In this document: positions 1 through 10,016 of the stretch, in pieces
Layout: every line of letters begins with the position of its first letter
Position numbering within the stretch: the stretch's first letter is position 1
Origin: Candidatus Bathyarchaeota archaeon
Lineage (GTDB): Archaea; Thermoproteota; Bathyarchaeia; Hecatellales; Hecatellaceae
Assembly (NCBI GenBank): GCA_052246995.1
Contig: JBQPWD010000001.1
Location: 1-64,000 of the forward strand
DNA: 64,000 nucleotides
Reading direction: 5' to 3'
Notes under the pieces: model-generated
The model's database searches: none
Told to the model about the DNA's origin: nothing
Seen by the model: the letters and a program-made list of their open reading frames with translations, nothing else
Translations under genes and position numbers: made by a program

Positions 1-230
1 TACTGCACTACGTAATCATAATAGTAATATCATTCTCGCCTAGCAACCCGTTACGCCAACATCATTCTTAATTCTTACGTGAGATAGGAGGAGGATTTAC
101 GGGCAGACAAAAAGATTAGAGTAGTTGAGCTACATCTGGATTGAGAAATCTTTCATCTCTTTATCATTTAAATTTATTTATACAACAAAGGAAGCTTACC
201 AAGAGATTGAATTGTGAGAAGTAGGAGCTG

Positions 231-346
231 TTTCTTTTTAGGTATAATGCTCTATATGGCTCCTGCGTCAACTATACCCTCTATTTCAATAATTTTTGTG
301 GGTGAAAGTGGATTAAAACTCCAAGTTTAACCTTAATGAAACTCAA
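231..346 (-). pseudogene. Remnant of clan AA (retropepsin-like) aspartic protease
   Basis: Minus strand reads MSFIKVKLGV/[frameshift]NPLSPTKIIEIEGIVDAGAI*SIIPKK, matching the N-terminus of archaeal retroviral-like aspartyl proteases (VDTGA motif degraded to VDAGA). There is a 1-nt frameshift near 315 and an in-frame TAG at 252-254. Confidence 0.6.
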
Positions 347-701
347 TGAATTCTGCTCCTCATAATTACCTCCATGATAATTGATTTAAGAGTTTTATAA
401 GTTATTTCTGCTTATAGGCAACTTTACTATTCTGCTATTTTATCACAAATATTTAAGGTGTAAAAAGAGGGTTAGGAGAGGTATCTCAGCTATCTTCGGT
501 CGAAATCTCACCCTGGCGCTAACAGTAAATTAAATCTTTTTGTTTTAACAATCTTTGCTAACTATTTCCTCTTATTGCTGAGAGGGGGTAAGTTAATTTG
601 GTATATTCCGTACGATACTCCAATAACAGGTTGTTAAAGTTAACGTGGTTTGAGTTTTCATTATGGATGACTTAAATATTTTTGGCTTATGGTTTATCTT
701 A

Positions 702-1568
702 ATGACTAGGTTAGTTGTTTTCAGGTTTGGTAGGGTTGATGAAAAGCTTTTATGTGAGGTTTTAGGGGTTGTTGAAGAATGTTATAACCGTTTTAAAGAA
801 CTTCAACCTACACTTGTCGATTTTTATGTTTTTGAGAAATCTTCAAACATGAATGCTTTCCTTTCTAGGGAAAAGCTAGCTCTAAGAGTTTTAACATCCA
901 ATTTTGAAGAAACATTCTTTGCTACACATGATGCTTGGCATGGTATTCCAAGAATAGTTGTTTCTGCTGAGAAAATGAGAAACATTCCGAAACTCGTTAT
1001 GTTTGGGGGGTTAAGGCATGAAGTAGCTCATACAATTCTTCACGGTTCACCAGAATATTATCTACTTGTTTTAAGTAAACCTTTAAAAGAGGCTGGAAAA
1101 ACCTTTAGCCTACCTGAAAGAATCGTTAACGACATTTTTTACTTGATTTCTATAGCTGTAAAAGATTATGAGGCAACCAAGCTTCTTTACGAGAAAGGTG
1201 GGTATGTTGAAGACCAAGTTGAATATTGTAAACACCACCTTAAACCAACTTTTGAGGAAAAGATGGTATGGGAAATAGCTAACACGAACAAGTTAGCAAA
1301 AATCCTTCTACTATCATCAACATTAAAAAATTTATGTTGTGCAGCACCACTTTTAAAAGACAAAGGTTATGGTTTAAACGTTAAAGAAGAAGTGGATAAA
1401 AGCTTAGCCTACCTGCCTGAAAAAATTAAACAGAAAATTCTCGGCATCGTAGAAGAAACAGGTAAACTTAACTTTAACACTCATAAAAACATAGAGTTTC
1501 TCAGTCAAATATTTACCGAAAAAGTGTTAAAGCCAATATTAAGTAGGGAAGATTTGTCAGAATGTTAA
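702..1568 (+). CDS. Hypothetical protein with HEXXH zinc-metallopeptidase-like motif
   Basis: ORF track gives 663..1568; likelier start is ATG 702. Motif LRHEVAHTILH. Confidence 0.7.
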   Translation: MTRLVVFRFGRVDEKLLCEVLGVVEECYNRFKELQPTLVDFYVFEKSSNMNAFLSREKLALRVLTSNFEETFFATHDAWHGIPRIVVSAEKMRNIPKLVMFGGLRHEVAHTILHGSPEYYLLVLSKPLKEAGKTFSLPERIVNDIFYLISIAVKDYEATKLLYEKGGYVEDQVEYCKHHLKPTFEEKMVWEIANTNKLAKILLLSSTLKNLCCAAPLLKDKGYGLNVKEEVDKSLAYLPEKIKQKILGIVEETGKLNFNTHKNIEFLSQIFTEKVLKPILSREDLSEC

Positions 1569-1960
1569 TCAAGATTCGCCCCCACCACCTTGTATGTTTA
1601 ACATTTTTTAGAGGTAAAGGGTACAACCTTAACTTTGTTAGAAACGTTAAAAGGATACTTAGGGAAGTTGAAAAATCAACTGCGGTAGTAGTTGTAGTTG
1701 AAGGGTGTGATGATGTTTGTTTAGAATGCCCCCATAGGACAGGTGTTAAATGCATGAAGAGTAAGGATTCAGATGAAGAGGTGAGGTTGATGGATTTAAT
1801 ATGGTTAAAGGAGTTAAACTTAAACTATGGCGAAAAACTAGAAACATTAAAAATTGTTAAGGGAAGAATAACATTAAACAAACTTAAGAATGTATGTGGA
1901 AAATGTGAATGGTTGTCAGTATGCCTAGACACCGCGGAAAAATTAGGCATTAAAGAATAG
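1562..1960 (+). CDS. DUF1284 domain protein (Cys/His-rich, putative metal-binding)
   Basis: RPHHLVC..F.GKGY...F, DDVC..CP and C..CEW...C motifs. Confidence 0.8.
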   Translation: MLIKIRPHHLVCLTFFRGKGYNLNFVRNVKRILREVEKSTAVVVVVEGCDDVCLECPHRTGVKCMKSKDSDEEVRLMDLIWLKELNLNYGEKLETLKIVKGRITLNKLKNVCGKCEWLSVCLDTAEKLGIKE

Positions 1961-2063
1961 TCTTAAACATCCCTAGTTTCACTTGTTTTTATAGCCAGCT
2001 AAGTTTGGCAAAACCTGCGTTTAAGCTTCCACCCCAGAGCCAATGTTCCTAGCAACTATTGAA

Positions 2064-2522
2064 TTACGTATTCTTTAGCCATCCGCTTTTAACGTTTTCA
2101 GCTTGGTCAAACATTGGTAGATAGGGTTTAACATCTAAAACTGGTGTTCCATCTATGGCATCAAGCCTTTTAACCCTTAAAATGTTTCCTTTTTTTTCAA
2201 CAAGTTCTACAACAGAGAAACCTATAGGGTTTGGCCTGTTTGGGCTTCTGGTTGCAAAAACACCATGCGGTTGCGGGTCCCATGGTGTTACAACTGTAAG
2301 CGTATATCCTTTAGATTCATGAAACAGATAGATGATTATTAGGTGAGAAAAAGATTCAACATCCTTTAAACCTTCCTCGTATTCTCTAAAAATTTCAACA
2401 TCACAAATCTTGTCAGAAAATATACCTTGACGCGGGGCTTCACTTTTAGACTTAAACGGTGAACGGATAACCCCTATGGGTTTAAACATGTAAACTTTAC
2501 CATTTTCAATCTTTTCTGTCAT
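2064..2522 (-). CDS. trmO: tRNA (N6-threonylcarbamoyladenosine(37)-N6)-methyltransferase TrmO/TsaA
   Basis: PIG.IRSPF, APRQG, GVFATRSPNRPNPIG and DAIDGTPVLDVKPY. Confidence 0.92.
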   Translation of the reverse strand: MTEKIENGKVYMFKPIGVIRSPFKSKSEAPRQGIFSDKICDVEIFREYEEGLKDVESFSHLIIIYLFHESKGYTLTVVTPWDPQPHGVFATRSPNRPNPIGFSVVELVEKKGNILRVKRLDAIDGTPVLDVKPYLPMFDQAENVKSGWLKNT

Positions 2523-2565
2523 TATCCTACACGGAGGCAGTTTTATTCCAAATTAAAAAAATTAA

Positions 2566-3300
2566 TTAAAGGTTTGGGAATGTGGGAGGTAATGGTAGAT
2601 TTATGGGGATAGGGTACTTAACAAGACGCTGCTTTTTCATACCGTCAACTACTTCCTCTGCTTTAAATGCTGGAATTGCGAATGCTACTTCATCATCATA
2701 TACCGCTGCAAAAGCACGATGTCCAGTTCCAGGTATGGTCACTTGACATTCTCCAGTATTAAATGTGCGTATTATTTCTATTGTGCAAGCGGCAAACCCA
2801 ACAAATTCACATTTTACTTTTTCACCATTAGCATACATTACACCTTGAATTAGCCTCATAACCTGTGCAGGGTTTCCGTAAACTAGGATAACATCTGGAG
2901 CTATCCTACTTCGAGTTAATGGGGAAATAACTAAACCCTTATACTTTCCATCCTCCAACCTATCCAAACTACCTAAAAATTTTTTTGCAACATTTTCATT
3001 TGAAAAATATCCGGCATCCACGAAAAACCTTGCTAACGCTTCCTCATCAAGAATTTTAGTCCAGCCAAAAGCTAAACTGGCTGCAGGGCAGCCACTATCT
3101 TCCTCAGAAACACCCACTGTCCAGCCATACCTGCGGGACATTGTTACAGCTTGGCAAACAGCAAGCTTCTGTCCTAACCTACGTGTTTTTTCTGGAAATT
3201 CTGAAGAATTCTTCACGAACTTTATGGCAAGAGGATAAGTACTAGGTCTAAGAAGCTCCTCTAAAGTTTTTCCAATATTTATAAACCTTTCTAAGGACAA
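2566..3300 (-). CDS. DUF169 domain protein
   Basis: LL.P.TYPLAIKF, CQAV.MSRRYG, PDVILVYGNPAQVMRLIQG. Confidence 0.8.
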   Translation of the reverse strand: MSLERFINIGKTLEELLRPSTYPLAIKFVKNSSEFPEKTRRLGQKLAVCQAVTMSRRYGWTVGVSEEDSGCPAASLAFGWTKILDEEALARFFVDAGYFSNENVAKKFLGSLDRLEDGKYKGLVISPLTRSRIAPDVILVYGNPAQVMRLIQGVMYANGEKVKCEFVGFAACTIEIIRTFNTGECQVTIPGTGHRAFAAVYDDEVAFAIPAFKAEEVVDGMKKQRLVKYPIPINLPLPPTFPNL

Positions 3301-3416
3301 GAAAGTTTCACCTACAAAATTTTAACACATCTTGACTAGGTAATCAACCTGAAAACATAAAAACTTTAGCATTGTATACATTTAAACAATATCTTTAACT
3401 TCAACTCTTCCTACAT

Positions 3417-4202
3417 ATGATGTCAAAGGTTGTAGTTGTTCAAGGCGAAAATCCTTTTCAAATTGTGGAGAAGGGTTTAAAGTTTTTTAGTAAACCTGCT
3501 AGGCGTAAGATTGTTATTAAGCCAAATCTAATTTCAGCCGAAGAACCTCCTACAACAACGCCATACGATGTTGTTGAGGCGTTGGTTGATTATTATGTTA
3601 AGGATGGTTTTGATGTTATTATTGCTGAAGGTTCAGGATGGTGTGAAACTTTTCAAGCTTACAGAAAGCTGGATTATTTCAAGTTAGCCGAAAAGTATAA
3701 GGTTAAGCTTGTTGACCTTAACAACGACAACTTTAATGTTGTAAGAAATCCTCATGCCTTCTTCCTTAAAGAATTTGAGTATCCTTTAACGCTCAGAGAT
3801 GCATACATAGTTTCCACTCCAGTTTTAAAAGAGCACTCAATAACTAAGGTAACACTTTCGCTAAAAAACATGCTTGGAGCAACCTTGGGAGAGAAGGCTA
3901 AGATGGCTAAGAAGGGAAGGTTTCATAGAAAGCTGGATGAAAGCATAGTTGACGTAAACCTTTACCTTAAACCATCTCTAGCCGTGATAGATGGAAGAAT
4001 AGCGGGATTGGGAGGAGAGCTTTCAGCAAAACCAAAAAAACTTGGTATAACAGTTTTTTCAGAAGACTTGGTTGCTGCTGATGCTGTTGCGGCAGGCTAC
4101 TTGGGTATAAACCCATCTTCGGTTAGACATTTAACCTTAGCTGAGAAGGCGGGTTTAGGTGTAGCTGACTTAAGCAGAATTGAAGTTGTAAAAGTTGAAT
4201 AG
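3417..4202 (+). CDS. DUF362 domain protein
   Basis: IVIKPNL, IIAEGSG, PVLKEH..TKVTLSLKNMLG, DLVAADAVAA. Confidence 0.85.
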   Translation: MMSKVVVVQGENPFQIVEKGLKFFSKPARRKIVIKPNLISAEEPPTTTPYDVVEALVDYYVKDGFDVIIAEGSGWCETFQAYRKLDYFKLAEKYKVKLVDLNNDNFNVVRNPHAFFLKEFEYPLTLRDAYIVSTPVLKEHSITKVTLSLKNMLGATLGEKAKMAKKGRFHRKLDESIVDVNLYLKPSLAVIDGRIAGLGGELSAKPKKLGITVFSEDLVAADAVAAGYLGINPSSVRHLTLAEKAGLGVADLSRIEVVKVE

Positions 4203-4308
4203 TATCCTTAAAAATGCTACGCTTATTTGGAAATTTTTTCATTAAGAAGGGGAAAGCTTTAAAGTTTAAAATTTTTTATAATCTAAATATTCACCAGTAG
4301 CGACCCAT

Positions 4309-5436
4309 ATGGTTTCATACAACTGGCGTTTAAACATTGCAGCCATGCTTTTCTTTACCTTTATCCAGATTGTTGTTCCACTCATACCTCGGTATGCTGT
4401 AGCCATAGGGATTCAACCCTTTCTTATAGGTGTAGCAGTTTCAAGCATTTCAATAACTGCCATAATATGCCGGCCTCTTGGAGGGTTTTTAAGTGATAGA
4501 TGGTCAAGGAGAAACTTAATGATAATTGGGGTTATTTTGGGTTCTTTTTCCTATGCCGTACTTTCAATTTCAAAGGATGTAAACACAGTAATATTGTCGA
4601 GGGTTTTAGAAGGGGTGGCTGTAGCATTTTTTATTCCATCTTCAATTGCAAGCGCTATAGACTATGCTCCTGAAGGTAGGGTTGGTGAGGCTTTAGGTTG
4701 GAGGAGTCTAATGATAGGGGTTGGTTTCTCAGTAGGACCTGCTTTGGGCGGAATTCTATCTGAACTTTTTGGTTACAACGAAACCTTTGCAATTACAGCA
4801 GTATTGTTGCTTGGAATTATCCCATTGGTAATCTCCCGTGGAGAAATACTACATGGTAATCCTTCTGGAAGGTATTTCTCTGGATTAAGAGATTCGCATT
4901 TCCTTCTTGCTCTCATAAGTTTAACAATATACTCAGTCGCATGGATGGGTCTTTTGACGTTTCTATCAGCATATCTAAAAATCTTGGGATATGGTGATCT
5001 GGATATAGGGCTTTTTGCTTCAATTCAAGCTACAATAAGCTTGGTTGTCCGAGTTTTTGCGGGAAGGGCTTCTGATGTAAGGCCATGTTTTATGACAGCT
5101 TTAGGTCTTCTTATAGTATCTATATCCTTCTTTGCAATCTACATGTTTGAAACTCCTCCTCTGCTTTACATAGCGTCGTTAATATTTGGGGTTGGTGTTG
5201 GGTTGTTTATTCCAGCATCACAAACTCTTGCCCTTGCAAGGTCTCCCGCTGACAGTAGGGGTTTTCTTTCTAGCATATACACCATGGGGTTGGACGTTGG
5301 AAACCTAAGCGGTCCAATAATGTTTGGAGCATTAATTGAAAAATATGGTAGCTATCAAATTGCATTTTTTGTAGCTCCGTTTCTACCATTAGTTTCATTT
5401 TTCATACTGTTTTTATACTCGCTTAAGAACGAGTAA
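4309..5436 (+). CDS. MFS transporter
   Basis: About 12 hydrophobic segments; motif A-like GGFLSDRWSRR. Confidence 0.9.
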   Translation: MVSYNWRLNIAAMLFFTFIQIVVPLIPRYAVAIGIQPFLIGVAVSSISITAIICRPLGGFLSDRWSRRNLMIIGVILGSFSYAVLSISKDVNTVILSRVLEGVAVAFFIPSSIASAIDYAPEGRVGEALGWRSLMIGVGFSVGPALGGILSELFGYNETFAITAVLLLGIIPLVISRGEILHGNPSGRYFSGLRDSHFLLALISLTIYSVAWMGLLTFLSAYLKILGYGDLDIGLFASIQATISLVVRVFAGRASDVRPCFMTALGLLIVSISFFAIYMFETPPLLYIASLIFGVGVGLFIPASQTLALARSPADSRGFLSSIYTMGLDVGNLSGPIMFGALIEKYGSYQIAFFVAPFLPLVSFFILFLYSLKNE

Positions 5437-5549
5437 AGTTTAAAACATGGCTTTAAGGAGCTTGTGCTAACCTTAGACTTTTACAGGTCTCTAAATTTCG
5501 TAAAAAGAATTGAGAGTAAGTTGTGCAATGTTGATGGTGTTATAAGTTA

Positions 5550-5571
5550 CCTTACAAGATTTCTTGTAAGG
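5550..5571. repeat. Perfect 10-bp inverted repeat between convergent genes (possible terminator hairpin or protein-binding site)
   Basis: CCTTACAAGA-TT-TCTTGTAAGG. Confidence 0.55.
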
Positions 5572-5614
5572 AAAATTGGGAGTTAGATATGAAGCCTTTA
5601 AGGTAAAGCTTGCT

Positions 5615-6535
5615 CTAGTCTCCACTAAAAAATTTTTCACCAGTTTTAAGTTTTTCATCCTCAGATACAGGATACCTTTCATATAGCTCTTTACGTCTAG
5701 CTTCAAGCATGTCTTGAGGTTTACCTGCAAATTTTGCAGCTGTTGTAACCTTAACTTTTCTTTTTGATGTCTCCTTAACTATTTCTAAAACTCTATTTTC
5801 CCATTCTAAATCCCTTAACAAATGATGATCTAGAATTAACGTTTTTAACGGACACATTTTTGTAACTTTTACAAGATTTCTAACAGATTCGTCAAAACTT
5901 TTTAAACTATACCTGTAACCAAGCATGTACGTCATGGGGCCGTCAACATAAAGAACTTCAGGCTTAGATTCCAAGATAAAGTTAACTTGATTTTGAATAC
6001 TTGGACCTTCAACATCAGATGTAAAAAGAAACTTTTCACCAATCCCATCTTCAATTAAAACTTCAACTACATATCCGAGTCTAGGATTGGTTCCATGATA
6101 AACAGGCTCTGAAAACCTTACTATAGTATTCCCAAAAGTAAAACTTTTACCATCACAATACTCAAGCCTACTAGGCCTACCCTTAATTTGCTCAAGAAAA
6201 AAAGCTGAACGTCCAACTTGGCTTCTATTAATCTTCTCTTTTGGATGCTTAACCAGAACAAGCTTACCATCGTAAATATTTAGGTCATCCCAGGGTGAAT
6301 GGTGGTCATAATGATAATGGGTTACAACTATTACTTCAGCATTAGATGCGTACTCTACAACTTCACACCAATGTTCATCAAGCCTTTTAAGCTCCAACGG
6401 ATGAGGTGGAAGCCCATAGCGACTTGGACCTAAAGCCACACCTGGATCAATAAATATTTTTACATCTCTTGTTTCTACGTAGGTTGCCATGCTTCTTGTT
6501 CCCATAGAATCTGAAGCCACAAGCTTAATCTTCAT
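5615..6535 (-). CDS. MBL-fold metallo-hydrolase, UPF0282 family
   Basis: ASDSMGTRSMAT, IDPGVALGP.RYGLPPH, THYHYDHH, DHHLLRD. Confidence 0.88.
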   Translation of the reverse strand: MKIKLVASDSMGTRSMATYVETRDVKIFIDPGVALGPSRYGLPPHPLELKRLDEHWCEVVEYASNAEVIVVTHYHYDHHSPWDDLNIYDGKLVLVKHPKEKINRSQVGRSAFFLEQIKGRPSRLEYCDGKSFTFGNTIVRFSEPVYHGTNPRLGYVVEVLIEDGIGEKFLFTSDVEGPSIQNQVNFILESKPEVLYVDGPMTYMLGYRYSLKSFDESVRNLVKVTKMCPLKTLILDHHLLRDLEWENRVLEIVKETSKRKVKVTTAAKFAGKPQDMLEARRKELYERYPVSEDEKLKTGEKFFSGD

Positions 6536-6811
6536 CTTAGGAACACTACAACAATAGTATATAAGAAACTTAAAAATATGTTTCAGCTTTTTGAAAAAAG
6601 TTTAACGTAGATCTGCTTGTTTGAGGGTTAAGCTGCTGGAAAGCTAAAAATTCAAAAACTAGGTTTAGAAATCAAGATTCTTAAAAATCTTAAAACGGAT
6701 AGGGTATGGTAGAAGGTTTACTGGATGTTTTTGTTGGGCTTTCCAAGTATAGCAGTAGGTGTTAAAATCTACATTCTCTAAAATTTCGTCACCTGTTTAA
6801 AGATGTAAGTT

Positions 6812-7699
6812 TTACTTAAAATCTTTGAACTTTAAGCTTACAACATCCCCACTACTCAACTTTAACCTTAAACCTATAAGCTTCAGTAAACCGGAATTTA
6901 GAATACCCTCAACGCCATGAATTTCCTTACCATTAACTACTGGCCTAACATTAGTTTTAAAAGCAACACCAGAATACACCTTCCTAAAACCTTTGCCAAC
7001 AATGTCTCCACTTAAAACCCTCAGAAACCCTAACCTTTTAACCCCAACAGCAACTCCAAATTTGTAAAGAGGAATTCCACCGTCGAAGCAGTAAAATTTT
7101 CCAGAAAATTTTAATGGTAAGCCTGTTTTGCCTTCTCCATTAAAGTTTAAAGGTTTAACTAAAGAAAAGCTTTTAAAGGTTTCAACGATCTCAAAAAGCA
7201 TTTCATTGTTAACCATAGATTTAACTTTTAAAGGTTTCATAAATTCTTCATCAACATTAACTTTAAAGGCTCCCTTAGCCCTGTAAGGGTTATTTTTAAG
7301 GTTTCTAAGTTCAAAATGTGCATGTAAACTTGTCCAAGGCGGAAAATATCCTGAAACAATCATTCTACCTAAAGGATCTCCAAGAAAAATTTTTTCACCA
7401 ACCTTGACTTTAGGTTTAACATGTAAAACCTTTAAAGCATGTTTTTCATCAAGCCTGATGAGAATTAAAGGCTCTTTACCGTATGCATCACTTCTAAGCT
7501 TTAAAGATTCAAACCATTTAACCTCAGCAACCATGCCTTCGTCAAAAGGCATTAGAGCATCAGTATCCCCAAAATAAACATCTAAAGCAGATTCAGATTT
7601 ATGAGCTGGGTAGGGGCTGTTAAAAATGCTAAAACATGCTTTCCATGGAAGCTTAAAAATAAATCCCCTACTCTTAGCAACAACCCTAAAACTTTTCAA
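6812..7699 (-). CDS. Hypothetical protein with M23/LytM-like metallopeptidase motifs
   Basis: NSPYPAH....ALDVY, LHVKP.VKVGE.I.LGDPLG, LHAHFELR. Confidence 0.6.
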   Translation of the reverse strand: MKSFRVVAKSRGFIFKLPWKACFSIFNSPYPAHKSESALDVYFGDTDALMPFDEGMVAEVKWFESLKLRSDAYGKEPLILIRLDEKHALKVLHVKPKVKVGEKIFLGDPLGRMIVSGYFPPWTSLHAHFELRNLKNNPYRAKGAFKVNVDEEFMKPLKVKSMVNNEMLFEIVETFKSFSLVKPLNFNGEGKTGLPLKFSGKFYCFDGGIPLYKFGVAVGVKRLGFLRVLSGDIVGKGFRKVYSGVAFKTNVRPVVNGKEIHGVEGILNSGLLKLIGLRLKLSSGDVVSLKFKDFK

Positions 7700-8648
7700 C
7701 GGTACACCCGGTAAACTCTAAAACTTTTTTAGCCGCCTCAACAGCCGCAGCCTCCATGGCTTCAAATGTTTCAGCTCCAATATGTGGTGTGCAAACAACG
7801 TTTGGATGATTAAGCATTTTAAGATTTTTTGGGGGCTCTTCAGAGTATACATCTAAACCTACACCAGAAATTTTACCTTCAACAAGAGCTTTATAAAGCG
7901 AATCTTCATCTATAATTCCACCTCTTGACGTGTTAATCAGTATTGGTTTTTTACGCATAAGGTTAACCTCTTTTTCACCTATAAGCATCCTACTACTCTC
8001 TGTTAACGGAATGTGAATAGTTATAACATCAGACCCGGCAAGCAACTCCTCAAGCTTTAAAACAACTTTAAACCCCTCGTTTAAAGCCTCTTTAAGCTTA
8101 GCTTTAGCTAATTCTCCACCTTCCATAAAAAGGACATCATAAACCATAACATTCATACCAAAAGCTTTACCTATTTTTGCAACTTTTGAACCTATTCTGC
8201 CAAACCCAATAACCCCTAAAGTTTTACCTGAAAGCACTGTTCCTGTAAGCTTACTTTTTATCCATTCACCCCTCTTAACAGAAGAATCTGCGTAAGGAAT
8301 TTTTCTTGCAACAGCTAAAATAAGCCCAAAAGTTAGCTCTGCAACGGATTGAGCTGTAGCTTCACCAGTATTATAAACTTTTACACCTTTAACCTCAGCC
8401 TTTCTAACATCAATGTTATCTAAACCAACTCCGGCTCTAACAATAACTTTAAGCCTTCCACAATCCTCCAAAATTTCCCCTGTAATCTTTGTTTTTCCAC
8501 GTAAGATTATACCGTCAAAGTTTTTAAGGATGTTTTTAAGTTCCTCAGCTGAAACATCATCTTTAACTTCAACTTCAAATCCAGCTTTCCTTAAAATTTC
8601 AGCACATTTTTTGTGAACTCTATCACAAATAAGGACTTTAAAGCTCAA
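7686..8648 (-). CDS. serA: D-3-phosphoglycerate dehydrogenase / D-2-hydroxyacid dehydrogenase
   Basis: RAGVGLDNID, GVIGFGRIG, INTSRGG, LDVYSEEP, TPHIGA. Confidence 0.8.
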   Translation of the reverse strand: MSFKVLICDRVHKKCAEILRKAGFEVEVKDDVSAEELKNILKNFDGIILRGKTKITGEILEDCGRLKVIVRAGVGLDNIDVRKAEVKGVKVYNTGEATAQSVAELTFGLILAVARKIPYADSSVKRGEWIKSKLTGTVLSGKTLGVIGFGRIGSKVAKIGKAFGMNVMVYDVLFMEGGELAKAKLKEALNEGFKVVLKLEELLAGSDVITIHIPLTESSRMLIGEKEVNLMRKKPILINTSRGGIIDEDSLYKALVEGKISGVGLDVYSEEPPKNLKMLNHPNVVCTPHIGAETFEAMEAAAVEAAKKVLEFTGCTVEKF

Positions 8649-8655
8649 GTTTTAT

Positions 8656-9864
8656 TTATCCCCTCCCCTTGGCTGAAACAATTTTTATAACGTCCTTATG
8701 CCTTAAAATATACTCTTCTCCAACCCTTCTTTTACTTCTAACGTCTACGGCATATATAAACGTTTCAGCAAGTTCGCTGTGAATCATTCCTGCAAACTCT
8801 TTAACACTTGTACCTTTAGGTACAAGGTAGCAGTCTGGTAAAACCCTTCCATGGTGGTCTGCAAGTTTATTTTCATCTTCAACAGGAAAAACAGCAATTA
8901 AACCTACAACGTTAAAAAGTGAGAAATTTAATGCTTGTTGTACACCAGTGTTACCGTAAACCCTTAAAACTTTATCTTTAACCATTTTTAAAGCTAAAAT
9001 TTGCTTTTCAGTAAGTCTATCCTTATCTAAAACTTTAAAATCAGAATCTCCAGGCTTGTAATCTATAAGCCTCGCTTCAGCAGCTCTTCTTAAAACAAGC
9101 TCAGCCTCGGCTGAGCATGGAATAACGGGATAACCAGTTTCCTTAAGAAGTTTAATGTTCTTCTCAGCTTGAGGTATGTCAACTTTGTTAGCTACAACAA
9201 CCACGGGTTTAGCTCTTCTTCTAATGTTTGATGCAAGTTTTTCAAGGTCTTCGTCAGTAAAGCTTGAAGGCTTCCTAGATTTAAGGTTAAGCTCATCCAA
9301 GCTTTCCTCAATAAACCTTCTTTTAACCTGTAAACCTGAAAGCTTTGATGTTAAAAGGTTTACTAAATCTTCTCTTAAAGTTTCAGTTTTTCTAGCAATT
9401 TTATCCCAATCCTTCTTTAAAACCTGAAAAAACCACATATCAAACTCTTTTTCAAGAAACTTTAAATCTTCAACAGGATTTCTTGTTCCAGGTTCGCATA
9501 GACGACCCTCCTCATCTGTTGCTCCAGCAGCATCTAAAATCAGAAGAAGAACATCAGCTCTTCTAACCTCATCTAAAAACTGGTTTCCTAAACCTCTTCC
9601 ACGCCAGGCTTCGGGTACAAGTCCAGGGCAATCAACAAGATTTACAGGGCAAAATCTTACTCCATCTATACATGCAGAATTTACAGGGTTATCTTTCACA
9701 TTAAACTCTTTACAAACACATTCAACAGCAACATAAGTCACTCCAACATTAGCTTTTTTGGTGGTGAAGGGATAATTTGCTATGGGAACTGAAGCTAGAG
9801 TTGCAGCTGAGAAAAATGTGCTTTTACCAACATTAGGTTTACCAACTAAACCTACAACAACCAT
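8656..9864 (-). CDS. ychF: Redox-regulated ATPase YchF (Obg-like, with TGS domain)
   Basis: GKPNVGKSTFF, ANYPFTT, GRGLGNQFLD, ANKVD, C-terminal TGS domain. Confidence 0.92.
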   Translation of the reverse strand: MVVVGLVGKPNVGKSTFFSAATLASVPIANYPFTTKKANVGVTYVAVECVCKEFNVKDNPVNSACIDGVRFCPVNLVDCPGLVPEAWRGRGLGNQFLDEVRRADVLLLILDAAGATDEEGRLCEPGTRNPVEDLKFLEKEFDMWFFQVLKKDWDKIARKTETLREDLVNLLTSKLSGLQVKRRFIEESLDELNLKSRKPSSFTDEDLEKLASNIRRRAKPVVVVANKVDIPQAEKNIKLLKETGYPVIPCSAEAELVLRRAAEARLIDYKPGDSDFKVLDKDRLTEKQILALKMVKDKVLRVYGNTGVQQALNFSLFNVVGLIAVFPVEDENKLADHHGRVLPDCYLVPKGTSVKEFAGMIHSELAETFIYAVDVRSKRRVGEEYILRHKDVIKIVSAKGRG

Positions 9865-10016
9865 TCATTAACAACCAAGAAAATAGTAAAGCTTAACTAA
9901 AAAACTTAGAAAAAAATTAGAATATAAGCTTTAACAACTTAAAACTTCTACATAAAAATTTTTGCAGGAGGAAAAAATAAGCAAAAAGATTTTGAAAAAC
10001 AATTAAAATATTCACA

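Noticed and set aside
470-523. TPP riboswitch (GCTGAGA-TACC on the minus strand) or tRNA
   Set aside because: The 3' TPP core (CCTGAT..GATAATGC..CGTAGG) is absent, and there is no cloverleaf or T-loop.
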